IMG/VR virus record: IMGVR_UViG_2671180892_000012 | Location: 1 to 25,466 of that record | From: a virus | Lineage: Duplodnaviria; Heunggongvirae; Uroviricota; Caudoviricetes | Strand: one strand, 5' to 3' | Length of the DNA: 25,466 nt | Shown: positions 16,679-24,470 of the stretch, in pieces | Numbering within the stretch: position 1 is the stretch's first letter | How the letters are laid out: the number at the start of each line of letters is the position of its first letter | Translations under genes and position numbers: made by a program | Notes under the pieces: generated by a model | Told to the model about the DNA's origin: nothing | Databases searched by the model: none | Seen by the model: only the letters and a program-made list of their open reading frames with translations

Positions 16679-17680
16679 TCACCGAGCCATCTTGACTGCA
16701 TAATGAACACAAAAATAATGTTCTCCCGCATATCTAAAATGATGTTCAATTTTTCTCAAACCTATATATGGAGTCTCCACTTCTTTAATCCCAACTATCT
16801 CATGAGATTCTACACCAATATCTACCGGAGTAATCTCTTTTAGATAATCAATGTATCTCTCACACCAAGCATCAAATTTTGCGCCAGTATAATAAGCAAT
16901 TAAAAACAAGCGTTTAACATTAATAGGATTATAGTTACCAATTAGCTTTGAATAATGCTTTAATATGTTAGCTTGATCTAGAGATTTTAAAATCAATGCT
17001 TCTATTATAGCAAATAGATTTCCTTTATCTTCAATAACAAGATCTAATTCACCCGCACTTTTACCAGATTGAGACTCTCCCTCTCTAGTTTGATCTTTTA
17101 CCTCATAATTCTTAGCTAATAACATATCCCGTATAAAATCATTAAAATCATCTTCACCATATCCTTTAGCAGAGCGACGCCCCAATCTTTGAAGCACCCA
17201 AGATAAATCACTATCAAACTTTATAAAATTCAAAGGACGCTGCACTCGATCATCCTTTGATATTAAGCTTATACTATTAAGATTTAACAAATTAATCCTT
17301 TGCCTGATTAATTCATCAATATATCCAGAGTAACTATTATTATCTAACACTACGATATGCTTATCAAAAGTAGTGGCTGCATTAGCAACTGCACAAACAA
17401 CTATATCCTTAATATCCTCAGAACTATTCGGCACTGGTGTACGCAATATCTTGCCTGAAGGAGCTTTAGATAACTCAGACTCCCACTTCTTAAAAAACAA
17501 AAAAGAATCCTTGTTGTTTCCGCAAGACTTTAAATAACCTAAGCGAATTTTTCCATCAGCATCAAGAATCAACTCATTTTCACCATTAACAATGGTTTCA
17601 ATAAAAAAACCGCTAAACACTTTAACATCAGAAATATTAGCAGCAACAAATTCAGGACACAAACAAACAGCACAAAGCAT
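16679..17680 (-). CDS. Hypothetical 333-aa protein, second gene of the ATPase operon; candidate effector, family not recognised
   Basis: ATG 1 nt after the ATPase stop (translationally coupled); AT-rich; no transmembrane segments; C-terminal half has a pattern (FIRDMLLAKNYEV ... GELDLVIEDKGNLFAIIEALILK) resembling Mrr-like PD-(D/E)xK nuclease cores, unverified. Confidence 0.65.
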   Translation of the reverse strand: MLCAVCLCPEFVAANISDVKVFSGFFIETIVNGENELILDADGKIRLGYLKSCGNNKDSFLFFKKWESELSKAPSGKILRTPVPNSSEDIKDIVVCAVANAATTFDKHIVVLDNNSYSGYIDELIRQRINLLNLNSISLISKDDRVQRPLNFIKFDSDLSWVLQRLGRRSAKGYGEDDFNDFIRDMLLAKNYEVKDQTREGESQSGKSAGELDLVIEDKGNLFAIIEALILKSLDQANILKHYSKLIGNYNPINVKRLFLIAYYTGAKFDAWCERYIDYLKEITPVDIGVESHEIVGIKEVETPYIGLRKIEHHFRYAGEHYFCVHYAVKMAR

Positions 17681-17681
17681 A

Positions 17682-19349
17682 TCAATGAACTCCCTTTGAG
17701 TTCATTATTTTTTGTATCTTTAATTCCTGTATTCTAATTGTATCCTGAATCTCAACATCCATAAACTCATTTGGCCATGTGATATCTCCATCAGAATTCA
17801 CAGCCACTCTATTTAGTAAGGTTGATGTTCCCTCTTCATCTCGCTCAAGATGATAGATTGCCACATGGTCCTCAGTAAGTTCGCTTGATTCATCAACAAT
17901 TCTTAATCTAATCCGTCTAACTAATGCATCACTATGTGTTTCAATAATAAAAATTTTCTTTTCTTGCATAGATATTTTAATTAATGCGTCAGTTAACCAT
18001 GCCTGCATTTTAGGATGCAAATGTATTTCTGGTTGTTCTATTATTGTAATCGAGCCCTTTGGTGACAAATAAGCTTGAACCAAGACAGGCAACACTTGTG
18101 ATATTCCAAACCCTACATCTGTCAATTCTAAATTAACAGCATCTTGGTTTATAACTATCTTATGAATTATGTCATTAACTCTAACTATATCAACCGCTAA
18201 GTTAAATTCAGCGAGAAGAAGGTTTATGTTTTCTGTTATTTTTGTATTTTTCTTCAGAATCTCCGCCAACTCAGAGCCATCAGCAGAATTTAACTGAGCA
18301 TGATTGACTGTTTTATCTAATAAATAATAACGCTGAGGAAATGCCCTCAACGGGCTGACATGATTAACATTTTCGCCATCAAACATTTTTGAAAGCATTA
18401 ATACTCCCAGAGAAACAACATGTGACAAAAAGTTAACAACAGGGTTGTAGGAATTTCCAAAAAAAACATAAAAACCACGTCCTTCATTGACAGGGAATAG
18501 CCCCAAAGAATAAGGATTCATGATTTCTAAGATATCAGACTTACATCCTCTAAATACTTCTTGAGGGATAACATCCGACAATACAACGACATTATTCTTT
18601 TTGGGTAACAGTTCAACTATTCTTTCATCATTCTTATTTAGAAGAACAAATCTCGAAACCTTTACCACACCTTTATTTTTATCATATCTGAAGTCATAAC
18701 TTATTTTAGATGCAGACAATTTATTTCCTGAAATAGAAACAACTTTAGTTAGGCAATCTTTGATTCTCTTCAATGGGCATTCATATATAAATCTGCGTAA
18801 GTTTTCTGAGGTGGCCCGGCTAAACATAATATTATTGCCAGCATCTCTAAAAAGCATAATCAACTGGCACAATTTATCAGCAATAATATTTAATTTAGCC
18901 TCCTCAAACTCATCAAAATTAACAATGGCATTCAAAGATTCATTTATCAAATTATTGGCCTTCGCGACCAACTCATCATTATTTTTTACTGTCTGTATAG
19001 TGAATCGCATAATCATAGCAAATGATTCTAAAGTTTCTCTTCTCAGAGTATCAATGCCATTTTTAACTACGCTATTATCAGAAAAATCAAAGCTAAAGTT
19101 AAGTGTTTTGGAGTCATCTTTATTTTTTATAATATTTAATGCTTCCCCCATTCCCACTTTAGGTCCATTCAGCCGTAGAGCAGAGTCAGACAATGACATT
19201 GAATCAACTGTCTGAGAAAACATCAACAAAGAGTTAATTAGTGCACTTTTTCCACAACTATTTGCACCTAACAATATTGTCAATGGCTTTAAATCTAACT
19301 TAAAGCTTTCGTATGCTTTATAATTTTGTCCTGTAAAAGTTCTCAGCAT
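17682..19349 (-). CDS. P-loop ATPase of the OLD/ABC (AAA_15/AAA_21-like) type, 555 aa, no Toprim domain
   Basis: Walker A GANSCGKS at codons 28-35 (nt 19245-19268, checked by reverse complement); Walker B/D-loop ITIIEQPEIHLHP and H-loop IIETHS near residues 433-473; about 400-aa insert between them; AAGGAG RBS 8 nt before the ATG; AT-rich. Confidence 0.8.
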   Translation of the reverse strand: MLRTFTGQNYKAYESFKLDLKPLTILLGANSCGKSALINSLLMFSQTVDSMSLSDSALRLNGPKVGMGEALNIIKNKDDSKTLNFSFDFSDNSVVKNGIDTLRRETLESFAMIMRFTIQTVKNNDELVAKANNLINESLNAIVNFDEFEEAKLNIIADKLCQLIMLFRDAGNNIMFSRATSENLRRFIYECPLKRIKDCLTKVVSISGNKLSASKISYDFRYDKNKGVVKVSRFVLLNKNDERIVELLPKKNNVVVLSDVIPQEVFRGCKSDILEIMNPYSLGLFPVNEGRGFYVFFGNSYNPVVNFLSHVVSLGVLMLSKMFDGENVNHVSPLRAFPQRYYLLDKTVNHAQLNSADGSELAEILKKNTKITENINLLLAEFNLAVDIVRVNDIIHKIVINQDAVNLELTDVGFGISQVLPVLVQAYLSPKGSITIIEQPEIHLHPKMQAWLTDALIKISMQEKKIFIIETHSDALVRRIRLRIVDESSELTEDHVAIYHLERDEEGTSTLLNRVAVNSDGDITWPNEFMDVEIQDTIRIQELKIQKIMNSKGVH

Positions 19350-19588
19350 ATAATCTCCTTTTTAATAATAGTATAAATGTTATGTCTCATAAGTTTTACC
19401 ATATATACACCACGTTATGGCAAATCTCATCAAAAATGAAAGCATCTCTTTTTATACATTTAAGCAGCAACCTGTTTCTCTGACCACCCATAGCCGTAGT
19501 ATGACGCATAGAAAAGAAAACATGAACAGATGTTACAAAAAATGTAATATGCTATACAAAACAATGCATTACAGCCTGAAGCGCTATC

Positions 19589-21859
19589 TTATACTACAAA
19601 TTCCGGCCACTCATCAGCGACCGGATACGTGAATTTTTTCCCGTCATAATTTACGGTTGCCCCACGCGCCAGCGACTCAAGCTCCCATCGCTGAGGTCTG
19701 ATACCGTTCTGAGCAAGATCAACGCGAATACGGGTAATTTGCAATCGTTCCGACCTGGTCAGCCTGGCCGATGGCGCTATTTCATGCGGTTTTAACGGGC
19801 TTCCGTTTCTTTGCTGACGATTTGGTCTTCTCAGGCCGTGTTTTAATGCCCCCCTGAGCCCCCTCACGACCTCCGGGTCATTCCATTCAATAACACCGTC
19901 ATCTACCAGATTAAGCACTGCTGCGGCGTGTTCAGAAGGCGTGGGAGCCGGTGACGAAGTATCACCACCGGTGAGCTTTCCACAGTTATTGACAGGACTC
20001 CGAGGCGCGGCGATGCCGCTTTTTAAAGTCAAAGGCTCAACGACCGGCACTTTCGGAACAATGCGCCAGTCCGTCGTTCTGGTGATATGAATATGACGCG
20101 CGCCGAGATGCGGCGCGTAAATGCCGACCACTCTCTCGACTTCTTCCTCGTACTCGTTAACGTCATCCGACGGGCTACGGGCGACCCTGACAGTCTGGCA
20201 ATCGCGCGGGACATTTGCCCCGCCCTGCGCGCTGATATACAACGCAAAATCACCACTGTCTGCAGCGGCGCGTGCAGCCTCGACGCGCTCGTCAAACTCA
20301 TCAGCAATGCTGACGCCGCGAGGCAATTTGCGTAGTTCACGGTAAGCCCCCATTGTCGGCAGACCAACCGTTTTAAATTGCGGGATGCGCCACGTTGACG
20401 CCCATGCGGTAACAGCCGCGGCAGTATCTTTCAGCGGTCTGCCGGTATCATTATCGAGCTGACCATCCAGTGCATAGCCGTCGATATTTTTTGAGATGTA
20501 TTTCGCGATATACCCCGCAGCACCGCCCCGGTTAAGATGTTTTGCCTGAAAACGGTTTCGCGCGGCTCCTCTTTCGTCTCCATCCTCTTTGAGCGCGTAG
20601 CGACGCATGATTTCAATAATCTGGTTACGCTGGCGTGGATTACAAAAAAGCATCATATGCCAGTGCGGCGTTCCGTCGTGGTGTGGCTCGACGACACGCA
20701 AACCGTAGACCTGTAAATCATTATCCTTGAATGCCGTGCGCATCAGGCTCCAGATACGGCAGAGATAACGCTGCGCATCCTTTGGATTAAATGCCTCATC
20801 GTTCCAGCCGTGATTAAGCTGCACGGTTTTACTTTCGCCTTTTCCGACCTGACGTGTCGGGTGATACTTTGACGGCGCGGTCAGCGTGATAAACATCCCC
20901 ACATCACCCTCTGCAGCGGCGTAACGCTCAATACCGGCAATGGTGTTCATCAGCTCCATCCGGCGAATTTCAGGATTAGAAATACTGCCCATCACCTTAC
21001 TGATAAGGTCGATGCGCTCGCCGGTTTCCCTGTTCTCAAGGTCACACGATTTAAGAAACTCCAGATTTGCCTGGCGGCGCGCACGCACATCACGAATGGC
21101 ATGTTTACTGGCATAAGGAGAACGGTCTTTATTGACCTCCCCGACAGCAATCAGTAACGCCTCATGCCAGCGCATACGCTGGCCTTTAAGCTGATGAGTC
21201 CACCACTCATCGTTAAACAGGCGGGCAATGGCAGAATATGCCTGCCTCGTGGTCATCTGTCCTTTACGGTATTTTTTCCAGTAGAGAGGGGAAATATTGA
21301 AAGCACGTGCAGCGCCAGCAACATGACCATAGAGGTGAGCCTGCGCCTCATCCGTAAACAGCGATTCTTTCTCGCCATGCGCATCCACCCAGGCATCGCA
21401 GAGTTCCTCATACATCATGAAAAGCTGTGATGAGATACGGGCGGCAAACTTTTTCAGCTCCTTGTCATTCATCCCCGGCAGACGCGCATACTGGTCGCGC
21501 TCTGCCAGAAACAGCAACGACGCGTCGGTGTTCATTTCATGGCGCTGATTCACGCGCTCAATGCGCGGCCATAAACGACGCTGAAAAGTGGATGTGAGGA
21601 AATAAAACCCGTGCACCGGGCTTTTATTGCGCCGGATGTAGTCATAGCGTGAAGTAAACAGCGAGCGCAAAAAGTAAGGCAGGCGGTTAATCGTGGATAA
21701 AACACCTTGCACCTGACGCATCTCGTCACGTGTAAGGGGTCTTTCGCGCCCGACGGCCTCGCGTGGCGCGTTCCATGCATAAGCACCGGTAAACGTCTTA
21801 CCGGTGCCTGCGGCAAATGCTGACGGAGGGACAAAATGCCCGGAGGCTTTAACGGCCAT
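19589..21859 (-). CDS. A: Replication initiation protein A (rolling-circle nicking endonuclease), about 756 aa
   Basis: HUH-type motif EPHHDGTPHWHMMLF and active-site tyrosine region GYIAKYISKNIDGY; ORF-track start at 21901 is TTG, the ATG at 21859 gives MAVKASG...; position after B and the small ORFs as in P2. Confidence 0.85.
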   Translation of the reverse strand: MAVKASGHFVPPSAFAAGTGKTFTGAYAWNAPREAVGRERPLTRDEMRQVQGVLSTINRLPYFLRSLFTSRYDYIRRNKSPVHGFYFLTSTFQRRLWPRIERVNQRHEMNTDASLLFLAERDQYARLPGMNDKELKKFAARISSQLFMMYEELCDAWVDAHGEKESLFTDEAQAHLYGHVAGAARAFNISPLYWKKYRKGQMTTRQAYSAIARLFNDEWWTHQLKGQRMRWHEALLIAVGEVNKDRSPYASKHAIRDVRARRQANLEFLKSCDLENRETGERIDLISKVMGSISNPEIRRMELMNTIAGIERYAAAEGDVGMFITLTAPSKYHPTRQVGKGESKTVQLNHGWNDEAFNPKDAQRYLCRIWSLMRTAFKDNDLQVYGLRVVEPHHDGTPHWHMMLFCNPRQRNQIIEIMRRYALKEDGDERGAARNRFQAKHLNRGGAAGYIAKYISKNIDGYALDGQLDNDTGRPLKDTAAAVTAWASTWRIPQFKTVGLPTMGAYRELRKLPRGVSIADEFDERVEAARAAADSGDFALYISAQGGANVPRDCQTVRVARSPSDDVNEYEEEVERVVGIYAPHLGARHIHITRTTDWRIVPKVPVVEPLTLKSGIAAPRSPVNNCGKLTGGDTSSPAPTPSEHAAAVLNLVDDGVIEWNDPEVVRGLRGALKHGLRRPNRQQRNGSPLKPHEIAPSARLTRSERLQITRIRVDLAQNGIRPQRWELESLARGATVNYDGKKFTYPVADEWPEFVV

Positions 21860-22124
21860 GTGAGCCAAAAGCCTCTGAACAACGCCTGCTGAGTTGCTCA
21901 ACCTGCGCGTTTAAATCAGCAAAAGACTTTGCGCTTCCGGTCAGAATATCGTGATGCATCATGCCGGAAACGAGCTGGCTTAATTTCGGGTAATAACCAA
22001 CCACCGCCAGCCATTCCTGACCGGCGTTTTTACCGCTTTCAGCTCTCTTTTTCTCGTGGAGAATAAACTGAAAGCTGTCACTGGTAACGACATAACGTTC
22101 GCCAATTTCAATACGAATACTCAT
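21849..22124 (-). CDS. Hypothetical early-region protein, 91 aa (occupies the P2 orf83 position)
   Basis: ATG start; tightly packed between the zinc-finger ORF and A. Confidence 0.55.
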   Translation of the reverse strand: MSIRIEIGERYVVTSDSFQFILHEKKRAESGKNAGQEWLAVVGYYPKLSQLVSGMMHHDILTGSAKSFADLNAQVEQLSRRCSEAFGSHGR

Positions 22125-22345
22125 GCCATTCTCCGGTAATGCTTGTTTTTTGCTTCAAAGACTGACTGGCAGGAAACACAACGCGTGACTGACGGATAAG
22201 CCGCACGACGGGCAGCAGGTATTGGCGCGTCACACTCTTCGCAAACCAGCGCAGAAACACCGCAATGCTTTACCCTTGCCGCGTTAATCTGGCGCTCCAG
22301 TAATTCAGCCTGTTGTTCCTGAATAAAATCTACGTTGTCCGGCAT
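22121..22345 (-). CDS. TraR/DksA-family C4 zinc-finger protein, 74 aa (occupies the P2 orf82 position)
   Basis: Two CxxC pairs (CEECDAPIP ... RCVSC) with the spacing typical of TraR/DksA-like zinc fingers; ATG start. Confidence 0.65.
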   Translation of the reverse strand: MPDNVDFIQEQQAELLERQINAARVKHCGVSALVCEECDAPIPAARRAAYPSVTRCVSCQSVFEAKNKHYRRMA

Positions 22346-22647
22346 TACCAGCTCCTTTTGTCGTTCAGCTTCTTAAATTCATCAGCGCAATAGCTGGCGA
22401 TTTCTGTCGTTAATTTTGTCAGTTCATCCACGGATGAAATTTGCTTATGAAATACAGCGCGTTTAACAAGTAAATTGACCACATCAGACAGGAGATTTAA
22501 TTCGTTCTGATAAATCGCGAAAACAGATTCAGTTATTTCGCGTTTTTCTTTATCAAGACCAAGTTGAATAAGAGACAAATCGCCATTTTTCATAACGGCG
22601 ATTTTTAAGGCGTTATTCAGTAATACAACTGAATGAGAACAGGACAT
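22345..22647 (-). CDS. Hypothetical early-region protein, about 100 aa (occupies the P2 orf81 position)
   Basis: ATG at 22647 preceded by GGAGG; the ORF-track start at 22650 is TTG. Confidence 0.5.
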   Translation of the reverse strand: MSCSHSVVLLNNALKIAVMKNGDLSLIQLGLDKEKREITESVFAIYQNELNLLSDVVNLLVKRAVFHKQISSVDELTKLTTEIASYCADEFKKLNDKRSW

Positions 22648-22871
22648 CAAAGCACCTCCCCGCGAGATAATCCGATATTGTGAAATTTTTCCGACTCCTG
22701 ACTGAGCAGCTCGACTATCTCCACGCGGGATAACTCCGCCTTTGTGATGTGGCGAATCATGGCGTCAAGATGAGAAGAAAAGCGCGTCGCAGCGTCGGCC
22801 TGTGCTTCGGTTCTGGCCTGTTGCAGCAGTAATGCGTATATACCGCACTGATTTTCAGAAACTGTATGCAT
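22647..22871 (-). CDS. Hypothetical early-region protein, about 74 aa (occupies the P2 orf80 position)
   Basis: ATG at 22871 preceded by GGAG; the ORF-track start at 22904 is TTG. Confidence 0.45.
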
Positions 22872-22934
22872 GACTTTCTCCAGGCAAAAAGAAGCCCCGC
22901 ACAATTAAGTGCGTTGAAAACTCTGGTTAATTAC

Positions 22935-23435
22935 TTAATGCAGATATTGCTCTGGTTTTACCGACGTCAGAATTGTCGGTGCATACTCAAACAGACTGAA
23001 TAATTCACGTAATGCACGGAATAAAGCATCACGCCAGTAACATGATTCTTCATTAATTCGCCAGTATGGCTGGTTAAATTCTTTTTCTGTCAGTCGTGCG
23101 TGCATAAATAAAGTGCGACGCTGACTGACTGTTAAAAAACTAATATATGCATACTCACTTGCGCCAACCTGACGGCGTTTTGAGAATGCCCCACGCAATT
23201 CATCAATTGCACATACCAGTCGTTCACGTTCGACGTCGTTCATTTCTTCAAAACGCATCGTTGCGTGACGCTGTTTTAACTGCGCATGGAAGCAAACCGT
23301 TAGCCGTTCACGTTCCATCATCTGATTATAATAATCGCATGTCTCCTGCCAGCGAGGGACGGCCAGATGCTTACCAATTATCCGGCGCATAGTTGCTGGC
23401 TGTTTTTCAACGAGATTGAGCGTCATCACTGTCAT
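22935..23435 (-). CDS. B: Replication protein B (helicase-loader-like), 166 aa
   Basis: ATG at 23435 with GGAGG 8 nt upstream gives MTVMTLNLVEKQPATMRRIIGKHLAVPRWQ... and the 166-aa P2 gpB length. Confidence 0.8.
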   Translation of the reverse strand: MTVMTLNLVEKQPATMRRIIGKHLAVPRWQETCDYYNQMMERERLTVCFHAQLKQRHATMRFEEMNDVERERLVCAIDELRGAFSKRRQVGASEYAYISFLTVSQRRTLFMHARLTEKEFNQPYWRINEESCYWRDALFRALRELFSLFEYAPTILTSVKPEQYLH

Positions 23436-23668
23436 TTCCATACCCTCCGGCTTTTCAGAAAGGTCAGAGCCTTTTTTAACGGACTCTGTTTTTTGGTGCG
23501 GATAATGATTCCCTTGCGTCCCTTCCCGTGGGTGATGGTAAAGTCAATCGCCCTGGGGCTTTCGTTACGCAATAACTGAGCAATACAACGAGGCTCGTTC
23601 ATCCTTTCCACCTTAAGCCGCACGGCTATGTCTTGATTTGCTGTAACTAATGCGATTTTTCCAGTCAT
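23432..23668 (-). CDS. Small early protein, 78 aa (P2 orf78 position)
   Basis: Internal ATG at 23668 gives MTGKIALVTANQDIAVRLKVERMNEP..., 78 aa; overlaps the cox 3' end by about 55 nt, so the start is uncertain. Confidence 0.45.
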   Translation of the reverse strand: MTGKIALVTANQDIAVRLKVERMNEPRCIAQLLRNESPRAIDFTITHGKGRKGIIIRTKKQSPLKKALTFLKSRRVWK

Positions 23669-23984
23669 GCCATTCTGTCGGAGCTTCATCAACCAGTTGG
23701 GCTGCGTACTTGTCCCACTCACGGCGATTAATCCATAATTCAGCTTTCCCTCTTGGTTTTAATGGGTCTGTCATGTAGAAGGCTGGCAGCTTTCCTGCTT
23801 TAGCCATTTCAGCCACCGCGCGTGGTGTCTTACCGATGTAAAGAGCAAAACCTTCTTTCGACAGCAAATCAGATGGGCGCTCTGAAATCTGAATGCTTTT
23901 ACGTTTGGCTTCATTTTCGAAACTTGCCTCATCGCTAGTTGGACAAGAAATTTCTACATTTGTCGTCACTTTGCTATCCTCCAT
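23613..23984 (-). CDS. cox: Cox-like excisionase/transcriptional regulator, 118-123 aa
   Basis: C-terminal 80 aa show the Cox/Apl pattern (F.L.IGKTPRAVAEMAKAGKLP...MTDP...ELW); first gene leftward of the C-cox switch; the ATG at 23984 has no SD, while a GTG at 23969 follows GGAGGA by 7 nt. Confidence 0.6.
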   Translation of the reverse strand: MEDSKVTTNVEISCPTSDEASFENEAKRKSIQISERPSDLLSKEGFALYIGKTPRAVAEMAKAGKLPAFYMTDPLKPRGKAELWINRREWDKYAAQLVDEAPTEWHDWKNRISYSKSRHSRAA

Positions 23985-24077
23985 AAGATTTGCGATTCAC
24001 CAACTGGAGCCATCTAGAGCCTTTTTGAGTGAATCACAAATTGCCAAGTAGCAATATAATTGGAGATTAGCAAAATT
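23985..24077. promoter_or_regulatory. Lysis-lysogeny switch region between divergent cox and C (Pe/Pc and operators)
   Basis: Perfect -10 TATAAT at 24055-24060 upstream of C; imperfect inverted repeat ttgcgattcac (23990-24000) / gtgaatcacaa (24030-24040); divergent gene arrangement as in P2. Confidence 0.5.
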
Positions 24078-24377
24078 ATGTCAAGTGAACAAAGTGAGAA
24101 ACTAAAGCTCATCCGTGAATCCGAACGCCTTAAAACTAAGGAACTTGCTGAATTAATTGGAATTAATTACTACACATATCATGGATATGAATCAGGAAAA
24201 TCAAAAATGCCTATGGAAGCAGGTATGAAGCTGTTTAAGCATCCACGCTTTCGCAAGTATCGTGACTGGTTCATGTTTGATGAAACAGATCCAGCAGCTG
24301 GACAAATAGCCCCGGCTCTCGCACACATTGGGCAAGACTCAACAACCTTGCACCACTCAGACCAGAAGACTGGCTGA
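24078..24377 (+). CDS. C: Immunity repressor C, 99 aa
   Basis: ATG at 24078 gives a 99-aa protein whose C-terminus ...SGQIAPALAHIGQDSTTLHHSDQKTG matches my memory of P2 C; N-terminal helix-turn-helix; the ORF-track start at 24060 is 6 codons upstream. Confidence 0.8.
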   Translation: MSSEQSEKLKLIRESERLKTKELAELIGINYYTYHGYESGKSKMPMEAGMKLFKHPRFRKYRDWFMFDETDPAAGQIAPALAHIGQDSTTLHHSDQKTG

Positions 24378-24470
24378 CGATTTATTCAGCATATGTGTGT
24401 AGTAAATGTACGAAAGAAAATTGCATTAATTTTCAAGTAGTAGAAGTAAACAGCGTCATCGGAGGGCTTT

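Noticed and set aside
16679-19349. Possibility that the cargo pair is simply P2 old and tin
   Set aside because: P2 Old carries a C-terminal Toprim domain and is the gene nearest cos; here the cos-proximal gene is a 333-aa non-ATPase and the ATPase ends about 80 aa after its H-loop. Not confirmed by database search
16679-19349. Retron or CRISPR-type system at the hotspot
   Set aside because: No reverse-transcriptase motifs in any frame, no structured repeat-spacer array and no cas-like genes anywhere in the window
19417-19632. 71-aa plus-strand ORF between the ATPase gene and A
   Set aside because: Overlaps the 3' end of A on the opposite strand, AT-rich low-complexity translation, no RBS; more likely non-coding leader of the cargo operon
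20029-20616. Several 60-110-aa ORFs on both strands within gene A
   Set aside because: All lie inside the A coding region in other frames; shadow ORFs
23432-23722. Full 96-aa ORF-track version of the gene downstream of cox
   Set aside because: Its start is GTG and it would overlap cox by 110 nt; the internal ATG giving 78 aa is more plausible, though still uncertain
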